From the NCBI GenBank assembly GCA_963842085.1, contig CAWJET010000002.1:1152001-1216000 (forward strand): a DNA stretch of 64,000 nucleotides, given 5' to 3'. Position 1 is the stretch's first letter, and every line of letters begins with the position of its first letter. Below the pieces are notes generated by a model. It saw nothing but the letters and a program-made list of their open reading frames with translations, ran no database searches and was not told the DNA's origin. This DNA comes from an uncultured delta proteobacterium. GTDB lineage: Bacteria; Desulfobacterota; Binatia; Binatales; Binataceae. Positions 18,286-27,268 of the stretch are shown in pieces. The translations under genes were made by a program, and so were the position numbers.

Positions 18286-19934
18286 TGGAACCTGCGCGAT
18301 TGAAAATAGTGAAGGCGTTGGAACCGACGCGACCGCGGATAGTGGTGCTGCCAGGCGAGCGGCCGTGGCTGATTGACGGAGCCGAAGAGGCTGTTCTCGA
18401 GAACTACGCTCGATGGGGGCTCTTTCAGCCCGGTGACTTGCTGGTTCGAACGACAACCTTGAGCGCCGAAGACGTTGAAAAAGAGAAACTCATCCGTCGC
18501 AAGGCCGGCTCCGTCATTTTGCGACGAGCCACCGCGCCGATGCTTGAGGACATTTTCGGTCGCGCCATCCACTGGGTGGTGCGGGTCCCGGACAAAGACA
18601 AGGTGCCGGGCTCATTCAAAGACAAGGTGATTGATTGCCCGCCCAAGGTCGCGGCGATCTACCTCTCCCGGGAAGGTATGTGGCGACTGCCGCGTCTGAC
18701 AGGGATTATCGAGGCGCCGATCATGCGGCCCGACGGGAGCGTCCTGACCGCGCCCGGTTACGATGAGGCGACCGGCCTACTCCTCCAGTCTCCGATTGCC
18801 TGGCCGGCGCTGCCCGCACCGTCGAAAGGTGCGGCCGAGGCCGCTGCAAAGTGTCTAATCGAGCCCTTTGACGAATTCCCGTTTTCATCACGCGCCGGCT
18901 CGAGCGTGCTGCTCAGTGCGATGCTCACAGGGCTTCAACGGCGGCTGCTGCCCACTGCTCCCGCGCACGCATTCGACGCGAGCATTCAAGCCGCGGGCAA
19001 AACGATTCAGGGCGACTGCGTATCGCTATTTCTTACCGGACGCGAAATAGCGTCGATGACCTTCAATTCAAACGAAGAAGAATTCCGCAAAAAATTGATG
19101 GCCGGCCTGGTTGCTGGCGATGCGATTTTCGAGATCGACAACATCACGAAACCGCTGCGCTCCGACACTCTCGCGTCGATTCTGACGAAGACACTGCACA
19201 GCGATCGGATCATGGGGCTTGGCGAGAACCGATCGGTGCCCACCAATTGCCTGTTCATTCTTACAGGCAATAATCTACAGTTTTCGGGCGATATGCCGAG
19301 TCGCGTGATCAGTTCGCGCGTCGAGCCCGACTGTGAGCGGCCCGAGGAACGGACCTTCAAAATTTGCAACCTTCGCGCCCATGTGCTCGAGCGTCGGCCG
19401 CAGTTCGTGAAGGCGGCTCTAACGATCTTGCAATCCTATTTTCACGCCGGGCGGCCGCCTCAGGGTCTTAAGCCGTTCGGCCGATTCGAGCAGTGGTCCG
19501 ACGAGATTCGCAGCGCGATCGTCTGGGCGGGGCTCCCAGATCCTTGCTTAAGCCGTGATGAAGTAATCGACGCCGATCCAGAGCGCGACGCCGCACTCGC
19601 AGTCCTCGAAAACTGGTTCCGGGTCCTCGCCGATGCGCAGACCACCATTCAGGCGTTGATCCGATGTGCAACCGGTCACGGGATGCTCGGCGATCATGAT
19701 TTCAGGCCGCCCGACGACGAGCTGAAAACCGCGCTGCTCGGAATCGCCGCAGACTATGAGTGCGCCGACAAGATATCTTCGCAACGGCTCGCTGCGTGGT
19801 GTCGCGATCGTGTCGGTCGCATCTTCGGCGAGTACAAACTTGTCCGCAGCGGCAAGGCGCACGCGGGCTTTCAGACTTGGCAAATTGTGAAATTAAACAA
19901 ACCGACGGAAACGATAGTAACTAAGGAGATTTGA
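18282..19934 (+). CDS. Replication-associated SF3-like helicase/ATPase without a recognisable primase domain
   Basis: PIMRPDGS...GYD motif, Walker A-like QAAGKT, Walker B-like FEIDN, motif C-like ILTGNN. Confidence 0.72.
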   Translation: MMEPARLKIVKALEPTRPRIVVLPGERPWLIDGAEEAVLENYARWGLFQPGDLLVRTTTLSAEDVEKEKLIRRKAGSVILRRATAPMLEDIFGRAIHWVVRVPDKDKVPGSFKDKVIDCPPKVAAIYLSREGMWRLPRLTGIIEAPIMRPDGSVLTAPGYDEATGLLLQSPIAWPALPAPSKGAAEAAAKCLIEPFDEFPFSSRAGSSVLLSAMLTGLQRRLLPTAPAHAFDASIQAAGKTIQGDCVSLFLTGREIASMTFNSNEEEFRKKLMAGLVAGDAIFEIDNITKPLRSDTLASILTKTLHSDRIMGLGENRSVPTNCLFILTGNNLQFSGDMPSRVISSRVEPDCERPEERTFKICNLRAHVLERRPQFVKAALTILQSYFHAGRPPQGLKPFGRFEQWSDEIRSAIVWAGLPDPCLSRDEVIDADPERDAALAVLENWFRVLADAQTTIQALIRCATGHGMLGDHDFRPPDDELKTALLGIAADYECADKISSQRLAAWCRDRVGRIFGEYKLVRSGKAHAGFQTWQIVKLNKPTETIVTKEI

Positions 19935-20397
19935 AAATGGATCGGAAAGAATTCGAGGGGATCGAAACTGAGGAGCGCGTCACATTTTCGCTGAACGATG
20001 CCTGGCGGATCGTCGCCGAAGGGCCCGAGGCCGCGGTCGATCGTGCTCTCGCGCGCATCGCGCCATTCCGCCTCGAGGTCGCCGAGGTCCTGCGCGAACG
20101 GCAGGGGTTGCCTAAGCGCGGCGAAGAAATCGTCAGGCGAGAGGTGTCGGCGAACGTGCCGAGCAAAGAGGTGCAGCGCGCGAACTATATCAAATGGTTC
20201 AGCGAGAAAGGTATGTACTATAGGCCCAGCGAGCAGGAGCTTGACGCGATGTTCGCGCAGGTTAATGAGGGGGATGAGATTTTTTTGATTTCGCCCACTC
20301 GTTCACGGTGCGCCGTCCGAATGGGCTCCTTGTGGCTGTGGACCGCAAGGGCCGCGTCACTCCGCCGTCGCCGTACAGCCCGGCGCTGAAAAAGTAG
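19931..20397 (+). CDS. Hypothetical protein with an apparent -1 frame switch at the T7 run (20280-20286)
   Basis: Frame 0 ends at 20389 with an atypical tail. The -1 frame continues DFAHSFTVRRPNG...ALKK* to 20397 with GC3-rich codons. Confidence 0.6.
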
Positions 20398-20453
20398 AAA
20401 AGGAACGGCCGCGAGCGTTACGAGCGCCGGCGGCCGTGACGGAGAGAAACGCA

Positions 20454-21284
20454 ATGAGTCCGACGACCATATCAGAGCCGCGCGTGCCGTGGCGCAACGA
20501 TCTGCGCGCGGAGTTGAATTCGATCGCGAACTGCAACCTTCACAAGTACACAGGAATCGAAGGGCTGTCCCTCGGGCTGCACGTCATTCACGTGCATCCG
20601 CCAGACTACGTGAGTAAGGACGACTACACCTTTAAGCTGTCCTGGAAGGAGCGACGACTCACTCGCGACCCGCACCGGCCGCAACCGGCGCTATCGCGGC
20701 AAAGGTTTGACGAGCTGGTGGATCATGAACGCCGATTCGGCCGGCGCTCACGCATCGCAGACGAGGATCGCGTGCTCTCGGGCGTCGATCTATTGGCCGA
20801 CAACTCGTGGCCTTTTTGTCGCACTTGCGGCCTGCCCTTCGCCGCGATGCTGAATGGGCACCCGAGACAGGGCTTTTGGGTGTGTCGAATCGAGGACGGC
20901 GCCGATCTCTGCGAGTGCTGCTGGCTGGCTGAGCATTACGCCGGCGACCGCCAAGCGATGATTCAGCACGTGCTCGCGCAAGACCTCGGCGGCGACGTGA
21001 TGCGTGCGTCCGTCAGACTGGGGCTCCGCCGCGGGTGGGATGACGACACCATATTTTTTCGGAACGTGGAGGCCTACTGGACCTCGCCCGGACTCTTCGA
21101 ATTGCTTCGGCTTCATCGGGTCAGCATGTCGGAATCCGCCGGAGTGATCTTGCAGGTGCTCGAGGCGCTGATTGCTGAGGCGAAACCCGAGGAGCGGTTG
21201 TCGAAGCAACAGAGGGACGAGCGACGCGCGGCACTGTGGCGCGACGAGCAGCGCGATCCGCGCACGCTCGCGGCTATCGGGTGA
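20454..21284 (+). CDS. Hypothetical protein with Cys motifs
   Basis: CRTC and CECC motifs; GGAGAG upstream of the ATG. Confidence 0.6.
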   Translation: MSPTTISEPRVPWRNDLRAELNSIANCNLHKYTGIEGLSLGLHVIHVHPPDYVSKDDYTFKLSWKERRLTRDPHRPQPALSRQRFDELVDHERRFGRRSRIADEDRVLSGVDLLADNSWPFCRTCGLPFAAMLNGHPRQGFWVCRIEDGADLCECCWLAEHYAGDRQAMIQHVLAQDLGGDVMRASVRLGLRRGWDDDTIFFRNVEAYWTSPGLFELLRLHRVSMSESAGVILQVLEALIAEAKPEERLSKQQRDERRAALWRDEQRDPRTLAAIG

Positions 21285-21340
21285 AAGCACTTGAGCGAGC
21301 GGCGCTGGACCGGGCGCACGGCTGAGGGAGTCCGACCGAC

Positions 21341-21751
21341 ATGAGGTACACCGATACCTTTGAGGTTGGCTGGGCCTTGGTCAAACGCTCGACGGGGAAG
21401 GCGATTCTATGCGTTGGCCGCCCGCCTTGTGTCATCGCCGGCAATGACATGTGGGTGCCGCGCAGCCAACTTCGCTGCGACCTAAGTCGTGTCGGTGACT
21501 ACGGACTCCTAGTTGTAACCGGCTGGTGGGCGAACAAGAGCGGCCTACTCGATATTGACGACGTTGACGACGACCGCTGCGATGAACATCACGAACCACC
21601 AGCACCGCTCCGGCTGGTCGAGACTGAGCAGACTTATCGCCGCCTGGCGAACGAGCATCACCCTGATCACGGCGGCAACCTTCGCGTGATGCAAGCGATC
21701 AACTTGTTAATAGACGCGGTGCACAGGGACCTGCGCCGCGCAAATGGGTGA
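21341..21751 (+). CDS. Phage-type small domain fused to a C-terminal J-domain
   Basis: YRRLANEHHPDHGGN..MQAIN (HPD motif); GGGAG RBS. Confidence 0.7.
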   Translation: MRYTDTFEVGWALVKRSTGKAILCVGRPPCVIAGNDMWVPRSQLRCDLSRVGDYGLLVVTGWWANKSGLLDIDDVDDDRCDEHHEPPAPLRLVETEQTYRRLANEHHPDHGGNLRVMQAINLLIDAVHRDLRRANG

Positions 21752-21805
21752 AATGCAGACATCGGAAATTTTTCAGGCACGCCTTGAGTGTGCTCTTTGT
21801 CGCGC

Positions 21806-21985
21806 ATGGACAGCAATCAAACAGATTCGGGCGCGTTCGTCTCGATTCCGGCCGCGGCGAAAAAATTGGGTGTGAGCACAAAACGGCTTGCGCTGGCGAT
21901 CGATCTGAGGCAGGTGCCGGCGGTCATGCTCGGCCGGCGCAAAGTGATCCCGAGGCAGGCGATCCAGAAGCTACTAGACCAATGA
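21806..21985 (+). CDS. Small HTH_17/excisionase-like protein
   Basis: VSIPAAAKKLGVS...PAVMLGRRKVIPR.AI.KLL. Confidence 0.75.
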   Translation: MDSNQTDSGAFVSIPAAAKKLGVSTKRLALAIDLRQVPAVMLGRRKVIPRQAIQKLLDQ

Positions 21986-22191
21986 GAAAAACGGACGAGC
22001 TATTCGCCGCCTACCGCGCTTTGATCGACGAGCACCTCGCGATGCGAAAACAGCTCGGCGCGGCAATGCGGACCTTTGAACGCGAATTTCGCGCGTGCAG
22101 GCCGGAAGATGAAGCGTCGCTGGCGTCGAAGTTTCGCGCGATTCTGGAGGCGCTTCGTGCGTCTGAAATAGGAAAGGAGAGCAACGAGTGA
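21982..22191 (+). CDS. Small helical hypothetical protein
   Basis: ATGA overlap upstream and GTGA overlap downstream (translational coupling). Confidence 0.55.
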   Translation: MRKTDELFAAYRALIDEHLAMRKQLGAAMRTFEREFRACRPEDEASLASKFRAILEALRASEIGKESNE

Positions 22192-22865
22192 ACAAGGAAA
22201 TTTTTGATGAAATTTTTGCTGACTTTTCTGCCGCGAACAAACTGATCGAGCGCGATCCGGTCGTGATGGGCGAGAGGCTCGCTCGAGCAGCCTGCGATCG
22301 AATCCTTCTGCCGGATCTGCCGGTGGACGTTCTACACAAGGGTTTAAGTCAGCGGGTTGGTGCGCTGTCGGGCCGCATGAAGGACGCCGTCGAGCGTGGC
22401 AGGGCGTATCTGATTGCCGAAACGATCATCCCGGAATTCGCGAACGATCTGCGCGACTGGATGAGCTATGAGCGAAGGTCAGGGGCGTTGAAGCCCTGGT
22501 CCGCGGCGGACAAGGGCAAGGGCAAGGCTCACCTGTTCGAAGGGTTCGCGTGGCACCGCGAGCCCGGCATGATCATAAGGCGCCTCGAACGTGGCGATGA
22601 TTTCGGAAAGATAACCTTTCGCGAAGTTGAGATCGTCGGCGCTGACGGCACCCATAAGCCTTCGTTCGTACGACGCGATCCGCGTATCGACGACTACCGG
22701 CCGGTCGGTCGGAGCAAAGAGAGTTGGTATCAAGAGTGGTGCACGCCAGAAAGCGTGATCGCCGAAGCTGAGGCGGCGGCGCGGCGCGAGGAGGAAATCG
22801 CAACGCGGCCATTTTCAGCCACGTCCGGGCCGAATGCCGGCGAGGCGACAGTGGTGCGCCGATGA
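22188..22865 (+). CDS. Hypothetical protein
   Basis: AAGGAG RBS; 225-aa ORF within the operon. Confidence 0.7.
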   Translation: MNKEIFDEIFADFSAANKLIERDPVVMGERLARAACDRILLPDLPVDVLHKGLSQRVGALSGRMKDAVERGRAYLIAETIIPEFANDLRDWMSYERRSGALKPWSAADKGKGKAHLFEGFAWHREPGMIIRRLERGDDFGKITFREVEIVGADGTHKPSFVRRDPRIDDYRPVGRSKESWYQEWCTPESVIAEAEAAARREEEIATRPFSATSGPNAGEATVVRR

Positions 22866-22924
22866 GCGGAATTTGCGTCGGCGGGATCGCGATCGAGATT
22901 ATGTCCAATGAAAGGGGGAATTCC

Positions 22925-23257
22925 ATGTATGGTTTAACAGAGCTCTCAACTTATGGCCTGAGAGAGGCCGTGCGCCGCGTTATGACGGCGATGAATGAAG
23001 ATCCCCGCGCAGGGGAAGCGATGCTGCGAGCGCGCGGTAAGGGCGGGCTCGTAGGCGTGTCGCTTCACGCATCTCCACCAGGTTCGCAACCATATCCCGG
23101 AAAACGTGCACCGTCGCCGTTTCCGCCGGCGGATGACTGGCGGCCGTCAAATCCCGGTGTAGTCGAGTCCGACGAAGATGACGACGACGGTCTCGAGATG
23201 GGCGTTCAATTTCCAGATCGATCGACGAACCGCAGTCGCCGAAAAAAGGGGAAGTAA
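22925..23257 (+). CDS. Hypothetical protein with acidic then basic tail
   Basis: AAAGGGGG RBS before the ATG; alternative start at 22862. Confidence 0.55.
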   Translation: MYGLTELSTYGLREAVRRVMTAMNEDPRAGEAMLRARGKGGLVGVSLHASPPGSQPYPGKRAPSPFPPADDWRPSNPGVVESDEDDDDGLEMGVQFPDRSTNRSRRKKGK

Positions 23258-23259
23258 AC

Positions 23260-23541
23260 ATGGGCTGGAACACGAAACTGAGCAACGTCGCCAAGTCAGG
23301 ATCGACGACGGCGATCAACGCGCTGACCGCCGCGAATTGCGCCGGCGACGTTGGCAAGGATGCTGGTTTCGCGACGCATCTTTCGGCGGCCCAAAACGCC
23401 GCGATCGCCGCCGTCGCGGGGCTCGGAGGCGCCGCTGCGAACTGCGACGTCTCCCTAGTCTGCAATACAGACACCGGACCAGGCCGGGCCGGAATCGACG
23501 CTGGCGCTGTGATCACGATCACAGTGGTCGAGCGACATTGA
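23260..23541 (+). CDS. Small Ala/Gly-rich hypothetical protein
   Basis: AAGGGG RBS; GC3-rich codons; begins 2 bp after the previous stop. Confidence 0.65.
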   Translation: MGWNTKLSNVAKSGSTTAINALTAANCAGDVGKDAGFATHLSAAQNAAIAAVAGLGGAAANCDVSLVCNTDTGPGRAGIDAGAVITITVVERH

Positions 23542-23554
23542 TGTGTGAAGAAGT

Positions 23555-23698
23555 TTTGCCGAGGCGTGCGGTAGTACCGCCCGCTCGAAAGCCGCCGGTT
23601 TTGCCGCCGGCGGCCCCCTCGGCAAAGCCGAGGCAAGCGCGGCCTTGTTCCCCGCGTGAGGGTTCGGTGCGCCTTCCACGCCGGCCCTCAGCCTCGGC
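23555..23698. ncRNA. Candidate structured RNA/DNA element upstream of the terminase genes
   Basis: Two adjacent multibranch folds closed by perfect 10-bp and 8-bp stems, each enclosing two hairpins. Expression is not shown. Confidence 0.4.
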
Positions 23699-23710
23699 GA
23701 TTTCTGAATC

Positions 23711-24130
23711 GTGATGGAAACTTCAACCGCAATTGAACCGAGTAAGCCTCGACGCACGCCCGCGCTTAAGCGCGACCAACAGCGGCGCCGAAAAGTGACA
23801 GCCTTGGTCCGGCTCAGCGGCCGTGACGATCCTAAGTATCGTCCGGGGTTCCAAATGGCGGCCGAAATTCTTCTGGTCAAAGAGCGCGTCTATTTAAGTT
23901 TGAAAGATCGGGAACTCATTAACCCGGATGGCTCGGTCATCGGTGCGGTCGAAAGTTTCCGAAGACTTTGCGACAGCGCGGGCGCGGCCTTGAAGGCGCT
24001 AGGTCTGCTCCCCAGCTCCGTTCTACCCGATGAGCGTGCCGGATCTCTCGATGCCGTCTTCGAACGGATTTCAAAGGTACGCAGGGTACGCGAAGGGGCC
24101 GCGAGCGGTGAGCAGAGCCCAGCAGCTTGA
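23711..24130 (+). CDS. Putative terminase small subunit-like protein
   Basis: Lies immediately upstream of and overlaps terL; helical, with a P27-TerS-like ALKALGL.P motif. The call is mainly positional. Confidence 0.5.
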   Translation: MMETSTAIEPSKPRRTPALKRDQQRRRKVTALVRLSGRDDPKYRPGFQMAAEILLVKERVYLSLKDRELINPDGSVIGAVESFRRLCDSAGAALKALGLLPSSVLPDERAGSLDAVFERISKVRRVREGAASGEQSPAA

Positions 24131-25576
24131 ACACGCCCGCGAGGACCTCGCGGCATACGCAGCGGCGCTCTACCCTCGGTTCGAACTGCCACCGCACCTG
24201 CGCATTCTCGTTTCGGTCCTCGAGCGCGTTGAGCGTGGCGAACTGGACCGCGTGATTGTGGCGATGCCGCCCCGGCACGGCAAGAGCATGACGACGAGTC
24301 AGTTGTTTCCCGCATGGTATCTCGGGCGCAATCCTACCAAGTCGATCATCGCCAGCTCGTACGGACAGGAACTCGCGAGCGACTTCGGGCGCCGCGTCCG
24401 GAACTTCGCCAGCGAACGATTGCATCGTCAGATCTTCCCCGAGTGTGTGATCGCCGACGACAGCGATAGTGTCCGTCGGTTCCATACGACGGCGGGCGGT
24501 GCGTTTTACGGAATTGGCGCCGGTGGACCGATTACCGGCCGCGGCGCTGACCTGCTGCTGATCGACGACCCGATCAAGAGTGCCGACGACGCGCGCTCGC
24601 CTGCGCTGCGCCGTTCGCTTCAAGAGTGGTACCAGAACGTCCTATATACGCGGGCCGAACCGGGTGCCGCGATCGTTTTGATCCAAACGAGATGGCATCA
24701 AGACGACCTCGCGGGCTGGCTACTCAAAGAGCATGCGAGCGAAGGCTGGAAAGTGATCTCACTGCCCGCAATCGCGGAGGTGAGCGAAGGTTGGAGAAAC
24801 GAAGGCGATGCGTTGTGGCCCGCGCGCTTCCCGCGCGAGACACTGGACCGCATCCGCGAAGCGATCGGCACCACGGCATGGACTGCGCTGTACCAACAGC
24901 GGCCGGCGCCCGAGCAAGGCGCTATCTTCCGGCGCGAGTGGTGGCGGCCGTACGCCGGTCCGGTCGAGTGTCACCGAACAATTTTCTCGCTCGACACGGC
25001 GTATAAGGCCGGCCTGGCGAACGATTATTCGGTGATCGCGATTGTCGGCGAGTCGCGCGACGGGTATTACCTGCGCCACGTCAGTCGCGGAAGGTGGGAA
25101 TTTCCACTGAGGCACTTGCCGAGATCTGGAAACCTCACGCCGTGCTGATCGAGGATGCCGCAAGCGGCCAGTCTCTCATTCAGGCGCTCAAAGCCGAGAC
25201 GCGACTGCCGATCCTGCCAGTCAAGCCGCTCGGCGATAAGGTATCGCGCGCGCATGCCGTCAGCCCGCTGGTCGAGAGTGGTCGCGTGTTTGTTCCTGCC
25301 GAGGCTTCTTGGCTCGCCGACTTCATCGATGAGGCGACGTCATTCCCCGCGGCGCCGCACGACGACCAGGTGGACGCGATCACGCAGGCGCTCAATTACC
25401 TACGGGGCGAGGGACACGGCGAGTATCACTTCATCTCGCTGCGCGAATGCGAGGCGGCGGCGGCCGGCGGCCAAAACTACAGTACGCTAGGCCGCCAGCA
25501 GAGGATCGACCGCCTCGAGGACGGACGACTGGCGCGCCAACGGGCGCGGCGGGGCAGGTTCGCGGGTGTTTGGTAG
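24108..25576 (+). pseudogene. terL: Terminase large subunit, split by a frameshift near 25105
   Basis: Walker A MPPRHGKS, GPITGRGADLLLIDDP, IQTRWH.DD, nuclease SLDTAYK...DYS. The second frame carries LIEDAASGQSLIQ, DK.SRA and PHDDQVDA. Confidence 0.88.
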
Positions 25577-25602
25577 AAGAAAAAATTAGTAGTAGAACCA
25601 CA

Positions 25603-25785
25603 GTGCACCTTTTTGTAGGCAACATTTTGTTTTCGATGACCGAGCGAGAGCTGCGCGATTTGCTGGAGCCATACGACTGTGAGAGCGCGCGGGCGGAAAT
25701 TCACATCGAGGTTGCGCCGAGTTCCCGGTTCCGGTCACCTGATCATCGGCGGGCAGCAGCTCGGGCTCCGCGGTCGGCGTGGTAG
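25603..25785 (+). pseudogene. RRM (RNA-recognition motif) fragment
   Basis: RNP2-like LFVGNI.F..TE.ELRDL joined to a final-strand-like IHIEVA; RNP1 is missing. Confidence 0.55.
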
Positions 25786-26044
25786 CGTCGAACTGCTCGG
25801 GCGGTTGCCCTGCGGAAGCTGCGCGGCACGAGGCCTGATTTAGAATCGCCCCGTAGCGGCAAGGCCGCGAAGGTTTCCGGCAGAGAGCGGATCATCGATA
25901 GGCCGCCTTGTTGCATGGAGCGAAGTTGTCGGCCGCGCGGCAGTTTGCTAACCCACAGACACGACGCTCCGACAAACTGCACGATGAACCTTCCTTGGAA
26001 ACGAAAGCTCCCGACCGGAGAGGCTCTATAGGGAGGCTGAACGG

Positions 26045-26629
26045 ATGGGTGTCTCGCTGTCAGGGCGGGACACTCCGTTAAGGGAACCCGAGTTGCAGCG
26101 CCGTCTGCTCGATGCCCGGGCCGACAGGCGAAATGCGATCCTAAATTGGGGTCAGACCATAGGCATCATCGGCACACTTTTGGTCACGCTTTTCTTTTCC
26201 GCGCGCAATCGGACAGCGCAAGTGAACCAGACGTCCGGCGATTTCATGCTCCGTTTCGATGACAAGCTCAATGCTGGTGGGAGCGGACGTGTTAGCAGGG
26301 CGCTGGATAATGGTGTTCCGCTGACCGGGGACAAGGACGTGTCGGATGACGACATCGACGATTTTCTATCAAATTACGAACTCCTAGCGGCAGCGTATCG
26401 TCATGAATTGATCAACCGAGACATGGCTGAGGACGCGTTCTCGTACGACCTAGAAAAGGCGCTGAAAGAACCGCGCATCGAACAACAACTCGTCGACGAG
26501 AGGCGCGAGGAAAGCGACATCTACGATGGCGTTCTCGAGCTGGCGCGGGCGTGGAATATCAGTACAGATCTGACCGTCCCCGCAAGCCCGACAAGCGCAT
26601 CAAGTCCGACTACTGCGCCGACTCATTGA
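26045..26629 (+). CDS. Single-TM hypothetical cargo protein (DUF4760-like layout)
   Basis: GGAGG RBS, one N-terminal TM helix, helical domain with FLSNYE.LA. Confidence 0.65.
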   Translation: MGVSLSGRDTPLREPELQRRLLDARADRRNAILNWGQTIGIIGTLLVTLFFSARNRTAQVNQTSGDFMLRFDDKLNAGGSGRVSRALDNGVPLTGDKDVSDDDIDDFLSNYELLAAAYRHELINRDMAEDAFSYDLEKALKEPRIEQQLVDERREESDIYDGVLELARAWNISTDLTVPASPTSASSPTTAPTH

Positions 26630-26869
26630 TCGTTATTGAGCGCGAGAGGACTATGACGCTTCGGCCGGGAGACGCTTTGCCCAGGCATCCAGTTTCCGCG
26701 AACCTTCGCTTTTCATGACCGCATTTGTTAAACGGCAAGGATGAATCTCCGCCACACTGCCGCGCTCGCGGGTTTGCTCACCTTCGACGCGATTCTCGCG
26801 GAGGCCTGAAAATTCCCCTTGTCCGGGTGGGTCGACTCACCGAGATCGCTCAAGTAGGCTTTTGGCTGA

Positions 26870-27268
26870 ATGGACGGCGCTATCTGCACGGATTGTGGCC
26901 ACGCGTTTGGAGGCGAGAAACCTGGCGTGCCCTGCCCCGAGTGCGGTTCGATCCGACGTACCATCACCGCCGGCGGGGAACAGAAAGCCAAACCGGAGAT
27001 GAAAGGCTCCGGTACGGTCAACTTCGCGGCTCGGATAGAAACGCACTCGGGCCTGACAGGCAGCGTTATCGTTGACAAACTTGTTGTTGTCTTAATAAAC
27101 AACTGGTTTAGGTTCTGCTTGGGGATCGCCCTAATACTTGTGTTGGAAGCGATTAGCTCGGTTTTGCCCCAATTCTTGGGGTCCGTCGTCCGTGTGGTTT
27201 TCGAGGTGGTGATTTTGCTGTGCGTACCCAATTGGCGAGTCCCTGAAGCCAAAAGAAAACGCTCCTGA
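26870..27268 (+). CDS. Zn-ribbon plus membrane hypothetical protein
   Basis: CTDC..CPECGS followed by two hydrophobic segments. Confidence 0.45.
   Translation: MDGAICTDCGHAFGGEKPGVPCPECGSIRRTITAGGEQKAKPEMKGSGTVNFAARIETHSGLTGSVIVDKLVVVLINNWFRFCLGIALILVLEAISSVLPQFLGSVVRVVFEVVILLCVPNWRVPEAKRKRS

Noticed and set aside
25094-25112. Programmed -1 frameshift in terL at GGGAATTT
   Set aside because: It is not an in-phase X XXY YYZ heptamer, and residues appear to be missing, so a deletion fits better.
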